Position numbers and translations under genes: made by a program. A stretch of DNA of 64,000 nt, from positions 5,376,001-5,440,000 of the forward strand of contig OY760937.1 of the NCBI GenBank assembly GCA_963664225.1, given 5' to 3'. Of this stretch, positions 1 through 9,558 are shown piece after piece; the stretch's first letter is position 1, and each line of letters begins with the position of its first letter. The notes under the pieces are model-generated. The model searched no databases and was not told the DNA's origin. It saw only the letters and a list, made by a program, of their open reading frames with translations. The DNA comes from Verrucomicrobiia bacterium (GTDB taxonomy: Bacteria > Verrucomicrobiota > Verrucomicrobiia > Limisphaerales > UBA1319).

Positions 1-2
1 TG

Positions 3-1145
3 CAACTGGACGCTGGGGCCCGGCTCATCGGCACGACCAATCTGGCGTGTTACTCGCAGCCTAAAACTCCGGAATACATGCCCGAGGCCAAGTGGGGCAA
101 ATGGCATCGCGGTCTGATTGTCGGGGAAAATGTTGAGGACGTGGCCATCACGGGATTGGGTACGATCGATGGAAACAAGGTGTTCGATCCAACGGGTGAA
201 GAGAAAATGCGGGGACCGCACACCATCATTTTTGTGAATTGTCGCCGATTCAGTTTGCGCGACGTGACGATTGTCGATGCGGCGAATTACGCGATCTTCT
301 TTCAGGTGAGCGACGACGTGGAGATTCGCAACGTCAAGATTGTTGGCGGCTGGGACGGGGTGCATTGGCGGGGTGCGTCGGAACGCTGGTGTCAGAACGT
401 GAGCATTATTGGCTGCCAGTTTTTCACGGGCGACGACGCCATTGCCGGGCGCTATTGGAATAACACCGTCATCAAGGATTGTCTGATCAACTCTTCCTGC
501 AACGGCATCCGGCTCATTGGCCCCGCCACGCGCCTGACCATTGCGAATAATATGTTTCGCGGTCCCGGTGAGCAGCCCCACCGCACGTCCGGCGCGATGC
601 GTCGAACCAATATGCTGTCGGGCATCATTCTTCAACCAGGCGCATGGGATGCCACGCGCGGGCCGCTGGATGATGTGTTGCTGGCGAATAATGTGATGCA
701 ACATGTAGCCTCCCCGATAACGCTATGGACCAAGCCGGGAAATACCGTGGGCCGGGTCACGATCAATGGTTTGCATGCGACGGATGTTTATCGCTCTGCC
801 ATCTCTGTCGAGAGTTGGTCGGACACGCCGATGACCAATGTGGTGATTCGGGATGTGGAGGTGGAATACGCCGGGGGTGGCAAGGCCTCGCAGGCGACGG
901 AACCAGTGAAAGGACCGGGAGTGGATGCGCGGCCGTTGCCGGCGTGGGGGCTTTATGCGCGAAATGTCCAAACGCTCACACTGGAAGATGTGCGCTTCAG
1001 TCTGACCTTGGACGATCTGCGGCCGGTCATCAATGCGGATCGTGTGGAGCGACTTACGTTGGATGAATTCAAGTTCACCCAGGTGCCGGGAGTCACAATG
1101 CCATTTGCCACGACAAATGTTGGCAAACTCATTCGGATTCCATGA
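3..1145 (+). CDS. GH28-like / pectin-lyase-fold beta-helix glycoside hydrolase (5'-truncated by window edge)
   Basis: Frame is open from base 3 (QLDAGARLIGTTN...) into the 78..1145 ORF. Motifs ITGLGTIDGN, WDG, GDDAI and CNGIRL plus beta-helix-type repeats. Confidence 0.7.
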   Translation, partial: QLDAGARLIGTTNLACYSQPKTPEYMPEAKWGKWHRGLIVGENVEDVAITGLGTIDGNKVFDPTGEEKMRGPHTIIFVNCRRFSLRDVTIVDAANYAIFFQVSDDVEIRNVKIVGGWDGVHWRGASERWCQNVSIIGCQFFTGDDAIAGRYWNNTVIKDCLINSSCNGIRLIGPATRLTIANNMFRGPGEQPHRTSGAMRRTNMLSGIILQPGAWDATRGPLDDVLLANNVMQHVASPITLWTKPGNTVGRVTINGLHATDVYRSAISVESWSDTPMTNVVIRDVEVEYAGGGKASQATEPVKGPGVDARPLPAWGLYARNVQTLTLEDVRFSLTLDDLRPVINADRVERLTLDEFKFTQVPGVTMPFATTNVGKLIRIP

Positions 1146-2461
1146 ATTCTAAAGCGCGACTCTCGAGAGCGTGGGTGGCATGGGGGGCATTGTTATTGAC
1201 CGTCACGTTTCTTCACGGGGAGAACTGGCCGCAATGGCGTGGGCCGTTACTCAACGGTTCGACCACGGAAACAAATTTGAAAGCCCGTTTCAGCAAGCAG
1301 GAGGATCTCCGGTGGTCCACTCCCATGCCTGGACGTAGTGGGGCCACGCCGGTGGTGTGGGGCGATGCCATTTTTGTGCCCAGTGCCGACGCACAGAAAA
1401 ACCTGGTCCTGCTGTGTGTGGACCGTGGCACAGGCAAAGTGCGCTGGCAGCGCGTGGTTGGCAAGGGTGACAAGGTCAGCGGCAAAAACAACATGGCTTC
1501 CTGCTCCGCAGTCACCGATGGCCGCCGAGTGTATGCGCTATTCGGGACAAGTGATTTTGCGGCATTTGATTTTGACGGAACACCAATCTGGCAGGTTCAA
1601 TTGAGCGAACAGTTTGGCACGTTTGCAAACATGTTTTTATACGGGGCAAGTCCGCTTTTGTTCGAGGACAGGTTGTACGTGCCGATTCTCCAGCGCAATC
1701 CGCCCACCTACGGCCACGCAATGGACAAAATGCCGGATCGCAAGTCCTGGCTGATTTGCATCGATCCTGCAACCGGCAAGGTTTTGTGGAATCACGAGCG
1801 CAAGACGGACGCGCGCGAGGAAGCGATGGAGGCCTACACGACACCGATGCCATTCGCAGGCAGCAAGGGGATGGAGATTGTCCTGGTGGGCGCGGATTGT
1901 GTGACGGCACACCGTCCGGACGATGGCACAGAAGTATGGCGCTTCGCCGGGCTGAACCGCAGTAAGAATCCGGGTGGACGCATTGTGCCCAGCGCGGTAA
2001 CGGCGCCGGGTTTTATTTTTGCGATCGGGCCCAAGAGGGAACAGCTCGTTGCACTGCGCGGCGGTGGTGCGGGAGTGGTGGGAGAGGAATCTGTGGCGTG
2101 GCGGACGGAAACGAACATTCCGGATGTGCCGACGCCATTGTATTATCAGGGACACTTGTTCGTTCTGGACGGTGATCGCCAGACATTGGCGTGTTTTCAG
2201 CCTGCCACCGGACAGAAGGTCTGGCAGGGGCGTCTGGGGGTGCGGGAGATTTTTTATGCTTCGCCCACGGGTGCAGATGATAAAATATATTGTTTGAGTG
2301 AAGACGGAACGTTGGTTGTGCTTTCCGCAGGCGCGCAACCTGAGGTGCTTTCCACCACGGCCTTCGGCGAAGGCCCCTGCATGTCATCAGTGGTGGTATC
2401 CGATGGATGCCTGTTGATCCGCACGGCGGAGAATCTTCATTGTCTGCGAGCCGGCAAATGA
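1142..2461 (+). CDS. PQQ-like (BamB-type) beta-propeller protein, exported
   Basis: Signal peptide then ENWPQWRGP; repeated SP/TP..W propeller motifs; ATGA overlap with the upstream gene. Confidence 0.8.
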   Translation: MNSKARLSRAWVAWGALLLTVTFLHGENWPQWRGPLLNGSTTETNLKARFSKQEDLRWSTPMPGRSGATPVVWGDAIFVPSADAQKNLVLLCVDRGTGKVRWQRVVGKGDKVSGKNNMASCSAVTDGRRVYALFGTSDFAAFDFDGTPIWQVQLSEQFGTFANMFLYGASPLLFEDRLYVPILQRNPPTYGHAMDKMPDRKSWLICIDPATGKVLWNHERKTDAREEAMEAYTTPMPFAGSKGMEIVLVGADCVTAHRPDDGTEVWRFAGLNRSKNPGGRIVPSAVTAPGFIFAIGPKREQLVALRGGGAGVVGEESVAWRTETNIPDVPTPLYYQGHLFVLDGDRQTLACFQPATGQKVWQGRLGVREIFYASPTGADDKIYCLSEDGTLVVLSAGAQPEVLSTTAFGEGPCMSSVVVSDGCLLIRTAENLHCLRAGK

Positions 2462-2476
2462 AAGGGATGTGAAATA

Positions 2477-3250
2477 ATGAATGCAATGCTCTGCCTATTT
2501 CTCGCCGCATTGACAACGGTGGCCCAGGCGGCTCCCAAGGAAGCTGTGCCGATGGAAAACTCTCTGGGCATGGAATTCGTCAGAGTGTCGGGAAGCAATG
2601 TGCAGTTCTCGATCTGGGAAACGCGGGTCCGCGATTACCAGATATTCAAGGAGGAAGCCCACCGCGCGTGGAAGTCGCCGGAATTCGAGCAAACTCCAGA
2701 GGATCCGGTTGTAAATGTCACATGGGAAGATGCAGCGGCCTTCTGCCAATGGCTGACCGAACGCGAGCGCAAGTCGGGTCGCCTGACCGCGCAACAGCGT
2801 TATCGCCTGCCAACGGACCAGGAATGGAGCGTGGCTGTAGGGCTTGGCCCGGAGCAGGGGAGAACACCTGAGGATCGGCTCAAGACGAGTGTGATTTGGC
2901 CCTGGGGCGCAGACTGGCCGCCCCGACCTGGTGACGGAAACTACGGACCCGAACTGGAAACGGATCGGTTTGCCAACACCTCGCCAGTGGGGCGATTCAA
3001 GGCCAACCAATACGGGCTTTTCGATTTGGGCGGAAACGTATGGGAATGGTGTGACGACTGGTTCAACGACGCCCGAGTCACGAAGGCGCTGCGCGGAGGA
3101 TCTTTTCATGACAGTCAACCCAAGGACCTGCTCGCCGCATACCGCTTCAGCGCCACGGTGCATTTGAGCAACGAGGACATCGGTTTTCGCGTGGTGATTG
3201 AGGATGCCGCACTGCCGACACCCGCACCGAGTAGCCCGAAAAAGCCTTAA
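2477..3250 (+). CDS. FGE-sulfatase (SUMF1-like) domain protein, probably non-catalytic
   Basis: PVVNVTWEDA, YRLPTDQEW, NQYGLFDLGGNVWEW, RGGS..., IGFRVV; lacks the catalytic Cys pair of true FGE. Confidence 0.85.
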   Translation: MNAMLCLFLAALTTVAQAAPKEAVPMENSLGMEFVRVSGSNVQFSIWETRVRDYQIFKEEAHRAWKSPEFEQTPEDPVVNVTWEDAAAFCQWLTERERKSGRLTAQQRYRLPTDQEWSVAVGLGPEQGRTPEDRLKTSVIWPWGADWPPRPGDGNYGPELETDRFANTSPVGRFKANQYGLFDLGGNVWEWCDDWFNDARVTKALRGGSFHDSQPKDLLAAYRFSATVHLSNEDIGFRVVIEDAALPTPAPSSPKKP

Positions 3251-3262
3251 AACCAAATTATT

Positions 3263-4498
3263 ATGATCCTGCCAAACCTGAAATCAGGTCTAACCCTGTT
3301 CATCGTCGCCGCGTCATTGCTTTTGAATCTGCCGGACCTTAAAGCTGCAGAAATCAATTTCCAGCATCACTACATCAGTCGTGATCTGCTCATTAGTGAC
3401 CGTGGCGTTGGAGATTACGGTCTGACCGCCCTGGTGGACCTGGACCACGACGGTCGCCTGGATTTCGTGACTGGCGGTCGGCAGTCGGGACCCGAAATCT
3501 TGTATTGGTTTGAGTATCAGACACCGGATAAGTGGGTGCGACATCTCGCAGGCACGAACTATCAATCCGACGTTGGCCTGGCGGCCCTGGATGTGGATGG
3601 CGACGGTTGGACCGACCTGGTATGCAGCGGGGTGTGGTATCGAAATACGGGGAAACCCCGTGAGGAGCTTTTTGAGCGCCGTGTGTTTGCCGAGAATGCG
3701 GCTGGTGCTCACGATATCGTGACGGCGGATATTGACGGTGATGGGCATGCCGACATCGTGATGATGGGGGACGCGAGAACGAAGTTAAACGGGTTGTATT
3801 GGTTCAAGATTCCGACCAATCCGAATCAGCCGTGGGAACGGCATAAAATTGGGCTTGGAATCCACGGCGCCATTTCTCCTGCAGGCGTGGCGGACATCGA
3901 CGGAGACGGCGACCTGGATGTCGTGCGAGCCGATACCTGGTATGAGAACAAGGATGGCAAGGGGCGCGAATGGGTGGCGCATCAGAATATTCCGTTTGGC
4001 CGTGTTGGGCCTTTTGGAATATGCGTGCGCACCGCCATCGTGGATATCGATGGTGATGGCCAGAAGGAAATTGTGATGGCCGATGCGGATATTGTGGATT
4101 CGCGGGTGGTCATTCTGCGGAACGCCGATGGCAGGGGCGGTTCATGGACCAAGCAGGAGCTGCCGCACAGCTTCACCTATGGCTCGCTTCACTCTCTGGC
4201 TGTGGCTGATTTAAACGGCGACAGGCAGCCGGACATTTTGGTCAACGAACAGGAGGAATTGCTGCCGGAAGGGCGGAGTAATCCGCGCTGGATTGTCTGG
4301 GAAAATCTGGGAAAGGGCAAATTTGCGGAACGAATCCTCTTGGACACAAAACTCGGAGGACATGAATTGCAGGTGGGCGACGTGGATGCTGATGGGGACA
4401 TCGATATATGCTCCAAACCATGGGGTGTTCGACCTGATAATGGCGCAGAAGGCAGGATGCACGTGGACTTTTTGGAAAACCGTTTTAAAAATCGTTGA
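3263..4498 (+). CDS. FG-GAP/VCBS repeat beta-propeller protein, exported
   Basis: Signal peptide; about 7 DxDxDGxxD calcium-binding repeats. Confidence 0.85.
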   Translation: MILPNLKSGLTLFIVAASLLLNLPDLKAAEINFQHHYISRDLLISDRGVGDYGLTALVDLDHDGRLDFVTGGRQSGPEILYWFEYQTPDKWVRHLAGTNYQSDVGLAALDVDGDGWTDLVCSGVWYRNTGKPREELFERRVFAENAAGAHDIVTADIDGDGHADIVMMGDARTKLNGLYWFKIPTNPNQPWERHKIGLGIHGAISPAGVADIDGDGDLDVVRADTWYENKDGKGREWVAHQNIPFGRVGPFGICVRTAIVDIDGDGQKEIVMADADIVDSRVVILRNADGRGGSWTKQELPHSFTYGSLHSLAVADLNGDRQPDILVNEQEELLPEGRSNPRWIVWENLGKGKFAERILLDTKLGGHELQVGDVDADGDIDICSKPWGVRPDNGAEGRMHVDFLENRFKNR

Positions 4499-4714
4499 GC
4501 CGGGAGGCGGCATGATTCATTCGTAAAAACACGGTATGTTCAAGAATATAACATATTAATAATAAGACTTTTATAGCGAAATATTGACTTCAATCTTTTA
4601 AGATCTGCAGGAATGATTAAACGGTTATGTGTGCCGCAGGATACGGATCGCTCAACGTCCGAATGCGGCAATTATTGCCTTATTTTCGAGTTTAAAATGG
4701 ATGCGATAAAAAGG

Positions 4715-4742
4715 TTGAAACTGTCACGGGCTTTTATAGGAT
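4715..4742 (+). promoter_or_regulatory. Putative sigma70 promoter of tRNA-Pro
   Basis: TTGAAA-N16-TAGGAT, ending about 30 nt upstream of the tRNA in an AT-rich region. Confidence 0.4.
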
Positions 4743-4773
4743 GGTGGGGTGCTGCACAACAGCACCTATTGGT

Positions 4774-4850
4774 CGGGGCGTAGCGTAGCTTGGTAGCGCG
4801 TCTGAATGGGGTTCAGAAGGTCGTGAGTTCAAATCTCACCGCCCCGACCA
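4774..4850 (+). tRNA. tRNA-Pro (GGG)
   Basis: 77-nt cloverleaf: acceptor CGGGGCG/CGCCCCG, anticodon stem TCTGA/TCAGA with loop ATGGGGT, T-loop TTCAAAT, encoded CCA. Confidence 0.97.
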
Positions 4851-4855
4851 CTTAA
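4797..4855 (+). repeat. att-like direct repeat, copy 1 (3' part of tRNA-Pro plus CTTAA)
   Basis: 59 bp identical to 19592..19650. Confidence 0.95.
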
Positions 4856-5070
4856 TTCCTTTCAAATTCTCGGTTATTTTCAATCAACCAATGACTCAGT
4901 TGCGTTTTCAACGGTGGCTGGTCGTCCACTCTCGCCCGTTGTTCGAAACGCTCGAAGGCTGGCTTGGCAAGTCGAATAGGGTAGGGGGTCGCCTCTTCGT
5001 CAACGGAGCAAATCTAAAAGCGGATGAAAAAAAGCACCACTTTGGCATTTATGGATCTGGAAATATTCGA

Positions 5071-8000
5071 TTACTCAGCGGTATCGAAATTCCAGCGGCC
5101 CCAAAGCAGGGGCGTTAGTTCGGCTTCGCTTGGAACATCGGCTGTGATGCCGCTGGCTTTGTTTGCCCAATATACCCTCTGCAGAGTTTGGAATCCGTTT
5201 CCGCGCAGGATGCCAATGTCACCTTTGATGGGATGGCCGTTCTGCGGTTTTAGACCCAATGTGGCGAGCGGAATCGAAATTTCGTAATTTCCGTTGGCAC
5301 CCGCCATCTTGATTTGATCCCCGACGTCCTCAACGCTGTCCAAAGTAATTGTTCTCCACGGGGAGCTGAATGGAATGGGTTCCTTTGTGCCGGGCACGAC
5401 CGCGCGATAGAGTCGTGCGGCAATCTTTCCTTTTACTTGCGTGACCAGCAAGCGGCAGTCCCCATCGATCGGTTTGGTCCTGCTTTCATCGGCGGCTGCG
5501 TCGGTCCCAATCATGAGATCCAACGCTCCTCCTGTTTTAAAGAGTGCATTCGGCATCTCGCCCGTGTTTCGCAGCAAGTTGGCATCACCTGTGCGAAAGG
5601 CTGCGTAGAGGCGGTCACCAGCCACTGCCACGGCGCCTTGGACGTCGTAAGGTTTGCTGCTGCTGTCGAAATAGGCGGCAACTCCGCTTCTGTCTATATC
5701 CACCCATTGGGCTTCAGACCAATCGTCGAGAGAACCGTCCAATATGGGCGCCGTTTTGCGGAGTTGGACTTTCATGACGCCGGAGCCCTGGCGTTTCTGG
5801 CGTTCAGATTCGCTTTGAAAGAAGCATGAACGGGCATTGACCAGGTCGTCGGCATTCACGACGATGGTGCTGTCAGGTAGGCGACGGATGGTTTCCAAAC
5901 CCTCTACTCTTACGATTGAGGAACGCCCGCCATCGATCAAATAGACCTTGCCATCTTTGGTCTGGGTAATGCTTGGCCAAAAATTCTCGTCGTGAAGCGT
6001 GAGATCGTTGAGCAGCATGCCGCGTTGAGCCGTCGGCATCGACCATGTTGGGCCGCGGCGCACATCCTTGAATAGCTCCGTGACGAACAATCCATCGGCC
6101 GTAAAAAGATACATGTTTCCCTGGTTGCCATTGATGCACCACAATGGCCCGGCGTCCCCACTGCGCGGAGTGACAAAATCCCCCAGCAATCTTGTGGTGC
6201 CGATCACCATGCCAGGAAAGCTCGGAGGTGGTGAATCGTGGGAGGCGTGCAGGCCGGGCCACAGGCTGGGATAGGACCAGCGTGGTTTGCCTTTAAATAC
6301 GCCCGCAACTCCATAAGGAGAAAAGGGAACCGACGGTGTCGTCAAGATTGTCCAGCCTGTTTCATTCCAGAGCGCCTGGTCGCCTCCAGAGGAAACGGGA
6401 TTTTGCGCCCCTGAGGCCAGGATATCGCCCTTCGCCAAGTCATAGACCGGCGCTCCAAAGCCGGTGAACTGTTGCGGAGCAAATCGCATGGCATTTGTGC
6501 CGACTCGCGAGGCGACAAATGACAAGTCTGGTGTGACAGTGATGGAACCGACAATTGCCGCCAACATTTGCACCTCATTGGTCTGCAACTTGCCATCGGC
6601 GTTCAAATCCGACCAACTGAAAAGAGCCGCGTTGTGCCGATCATCACCTTGAAGGTTCACTCGGTCTGGCCAGAGCGGTTTGAAGGCATCGGCCTTCAGC
6701 ACTTTCCAATCCTGCGCCCTTCCCAATGCCGCGACCGGGCGCGCAATTCCGGCCACCTCCTGCCATAGCATTGCCACACCGGGGCCCCCCGTGGGGTTGC
6801 TGTTGTGGTCCTGAGAATAGTATTTCCGTCCGTGGACATAATGCGGTTGCTCTGGTGTTCCGGTGGATCCGTAGCCGTCAGGCGGTTCGAGATCACCAAC
6901 GGCAGGGCGATGGAAAACGTTTACAAGACGGTCGATGCCTTTTTCCCAATCCAGATGGAACTCCATCCCGTGGTAATAGAATTTCGTTTTGTCTTGCGGA
7001 TCAAGTTTTCCGCCACCGCCATATTCGGAGGGGCCGTAGAAGGAGCGAACCAATTTGCCATCCAGCGTCCAAATGCTGACACGTTTGGGTTGGAAATCAT
7101 TTTCCGTTACCCACAGCCGGTTCAAGGAATCAATCGTAAGGCCATCCGGATTGTGCATCTGAAGCGGGTCGTAAGATCCGGCTTTTGGGATGCCAGATGT
7201 GCCGATGGCCCGAAGGAATTGCCCGGTGGCAGAGAAGACTCTCACCTGATGGCGGTCACCGCAGTCGGAGACATAGATATTGCCGACCGGATCCAACGTC
7301 AATTGCCTTGGGTCTTGAAGCTTGCTTTCTGCATTGGACCCAACGGTGTCTGAAATCAACTCTTCCGGCGGGGGCAGCACGATTTTGTCGGGAGTCGGTG
7401 TCCAGTGATCCATATCGAAACGCAGAAGTTTTTGCCCCGATAAGGCGTAAAAGAATTTGCGCTGTCCAATCCCAAAAGCGAGGCCGCGCGGATTTTGTAA
7501 TTCGGCGGTTCCAATGGCCTTTTTTGCGCGGGCATCGACGAACACCAATTGATTCAGTTTCGGCAAACTGAATACGATCAGCCCATCGCTCACTGCCAGG
7601 CCGCCAAGGTGCTCGCCCCATGTGCTTTCGCCTGCGGGCTTGTGCTCCAATGGGCCGGGTGGAGTATAGTTGAATTTCAATATGGGTGTGTTTCCGTCCT
7701 TAGTGAGTGCGGTGAGTCGGACTTCACCCCGTTTTTCCTTCGCCCGATTGGGATCGTCCTCGCTGCTCCAGGATGCGGCGGCATAAGCGAAATGATTCGT
7801 CACCGCGTCTGTGCCATCGTCACGGGCTAGAAACTGCGCCCCCGTCCAGTTGCCGCCAACCCAGCCGACACCACCTTGTTTTCGGCCTTCCAGATCGACC
7901 CATGCAAGACCATGACCGCCTTCGCTCACGTAGCTGCCAAGGAAGACCAAGGGTTTGCCGCCGGGGGCGCGGGTCGCCGGCACGAACAACGCGGCGCAAG

Positions 8001-9501
8001 GCGGCGTGTGGTTGGCCAGCCATGCCCCGGTGCTATCGGCGATTTCCCAAGCCGGTTGACCGGCATTGTAAACCGAAAATTCGTAGCGCAAGTCGATTTG
8101 TTTTCGCCACAATCCGCGCACCCGATAGGTGCCGGGCTGGACGAATTGTTCGGGAATGCGGTAAACGCCGTGACGGTACGCCTCCGGATCGCGGCCCAAA
8201 TCATCCATGCCGTCCCACCAGGCGGTGTTTTGGCCCGATGGGAATTTCGTTTCCGCGATCAGGTTCCTAATGCGGCTGCCATTAGAGTCGTCGATGACAA
8301 GCGTGACGAAGCCCTCCTCTGGCAAACTGAAGCGAATGGGAATCGGCGGATGCGTTGGCAGCGCCTTTGGTGTGTCCACAATGACCGAGGCCAGTTCGGA
8401 ATCGCCCAGTGATTGCAGCGCCAGGAGTTCCCCCAGCCAGACGCGCCGTCCGTCCTTGGTCTTTCCTCTGAGGTGACCGTGCGCGCGTCCCTCATCAATG
8501 GTTTTGGTGATGCGCAAGCGAATGGCCCGCGTGGTGATGTCGCGCCCAAATTCCATCCCGTTGACACCGAGCGAGCGGGGATACTGGTTTTCGATGTCGG
8601 AAAACGTTCGAATGGTTTGCCAGTCAGCATCTGTGGCGTCACGAGGGTGTTTATCTGATGAGCCTGTATAAGCCTGCAATTCGGCCTCGCTGAATCCGGC
8701 CCAGAGCGCATTCAATCCACACAGCCTGACCGGTTTTGGCCACGTTAACATCACCCATGCTGGAGATGCCGCCGAGATCGTCGGGGCGTTTGTCTTTGGT
8801 TCATTATCCCAGGTCTCCCAGGTTCCGTCGTTGCTCTCATTATTTAATTTCAGCGCCTTGTCGTTGTTTCCGCCCGCCGATGCCACCGCCTGCGGAGCGA
8901 TATTGGCTAATCGTTGTGGCAAAACAAATACACCACCCAGCCATCCGGCGTAACTTCGGTCAATCGGCATGCTGGTGTGTGTGAATCGCAACGCCCGAGT
9001 TGTTGTATCCGGAGGCAGAACCCATAACGCATAATCCTCGTGTCCGACTTCCTCCCGAGTCACATGGCCCTCCTTCAACCGCGTTGCCGGGAGCCAATCC
9101 GCTTCGACATCAAGCCGTCCCGGAAATGGCGCTGTGGATTTGAGCACGCCAAGTTGTCCGCCGCCCCGGACCATGACCGTGCCCGCTGGCAAAGGGACCT
9201 TCCAACCGATGCGAAGATGCCGGACGCCCGATATCTTCGATTCGCCAAACGTTACGCCATCCCACTCCGGTTGGCTTGTTTGCGTCCAGATCACATGACT
9301 CGGGCCTTTTTTCAGTGGCACAAGCTGTTCGCGTCCGTCCACCCATGCCGCAAAGGCGGATGCCTCCAGGTGTTCCAGGGTCAAAGGTGTGCCAAACGGG
9401 GATGCATTGCCTGGCGCATCTGGGTGTGCGCCAAAAACCTGTGTCGAGAGAAAGATTACAGCAATCAAACTCGTGGGGAGGTTCCAGGGAAGTATCTTCA
9501 T
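5071..9501 (-). CDS. Large exported multidomain protein (discoidin-like, FlgD-type Ig, NHL/SMP-30-like propeller, C-terminal CBM9/DOMON-like)
   Basis: 1476 aa with signal peptide. IRFSLPEEGFVTLVIDD...IRNL...WWDGMDD (FlgD-Ig); NPRGLA/DPRQLTLD/NPDGLTID (NHL); APILDGSLDDW (sugar-binding). Confidence 0.65.
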   Translation of the reverse strand: MKILPWNLPTSLIAVIFLSTQVFGAHPDAPGNASPFGTPLTLEHLEASAFAAWVDGREQLVPLKKGPSHVIWTQTSQPEWDGVTFGESKISGVRHLRIGWKVPLPAGTVMVRGGGQLGVLKSTAPFPGRLDVEADWLPATRLKEGHVTREEVGHEDYALWVLPPDTTTRALRFTHTSMPIDRSYAGWLGGVFVLPQRLANIAPQAVASAGGNNDKALKLNNESNDGTWETWDNEPKTNAPTISAASPAWVMLTWPKPVRLCGLNALWAGFSEAELQAYTGSSDKHPRDATDADWQTIRTFSDIENQYPRSLGVNGMEFGRDITTRAIRLRITKTIDEGRAHGHLRGKTKDGRRVWLGELLALQSLGDSELASVIVDTPKALPTHPPIPIRFSLPEEGFVTLVIDDSNGSRIRNLIAETKFPSGQNTAWWDGMDDLGRDPEAYRHGVYRIPEQFVQPGTYRVRGLWRKQIDLRYEFSVYNAGQPAWEIADSTGAWLANHTPPCAALFVPATRAPGGKPLVFLGSYVSEGGHGLAWVDLEGRKQGGVGWVGGNWTGAQFLARDDGTDAVTNHFAYAAASWSSEDDPNRAKEKRGEVRLTALTKDGNTPILKFNYTPPGPLEHKPAGESTWGEHLGGLAVSDGLIVFSLPKLNQLVFVDARAKKAIGTAELQNPRGLAFGIGQRKFFYALSGQKLLRFDMDHWTPTPDKIVLPPPEELISDTVGSNAESKLQDPRQLTLDPVGNIYVSDCGDRHQVRVFSATGQFLRAIGTSGIPKAGSYDPLQMHNPDGLTIDSLNRLWVTENDFQPKRVSIWTLDGKLVRSFYGPSEYGGGGKLDPQDKTKFYYHGMEFHLDWEKGIDRLVNVFHRPAVGDLEPPDGYGSTGTPEQPHYVHGRKYYSQDHNSNPTGGPGVAMLWQEVAGIARPVAALGRAQDWKVLKADAFKPLWPDRVNLQGDDRHNAALFSWSDLNADGKLQTNEVQMLAAIVGSITVTPDLSFVASRVGTNAMRFAPQQFTGFGAPVYDLAKGDILASGAQNPVSSGGDQALWNETGWTILTTPSVPFSPYGVAGVFKGKPRWSYPSLWPGLHASHDSPPPSFPGMVIGTTRLLGDFVTPRSGDAGPLWCINGNQGNMYLFTADGLFVTELFKDVRRGPTWSMPTAQRGMLLNDLTLHDENFWPSITQTKDGKVYLIDGGRSSIVRVEGLETIRRLPDSTIVVNADDLVNARSCFFQSESERQKRQGSGVMKVQLRKTAPILDGSLDDWSEAQWVDIDRSGVAAYFDSSSKPYDVQGAVAVAGDRLYAAFRTGDANLLRNTGEMPNALFKTGGALDLMIGTDAAADESRTKPIDGDCRLLVTQVKGKIAARLYRAVVPGTKEPIPFSSPWRTITLDSVEDVGDQIKMAGANGNYEISIPLATLGLKPQNGHPIKGDIGILRGNGFQTLQRVYWANKASGITADVPSEAELTPLLWGRWNFDTAE

Positions 9502-9558
9502 TGGTTAAGAATCAGATCGCCACATTATTTTGGTTTCAGCATGAGTTCAAGCACAGCA

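Noticed and set aside
2477..3250. Active formylglycine-generating enzyme or DGR target
   Set aside because: Lacks the catalytic cysteines, and no template repeat or reverse transcriptase is in the window.
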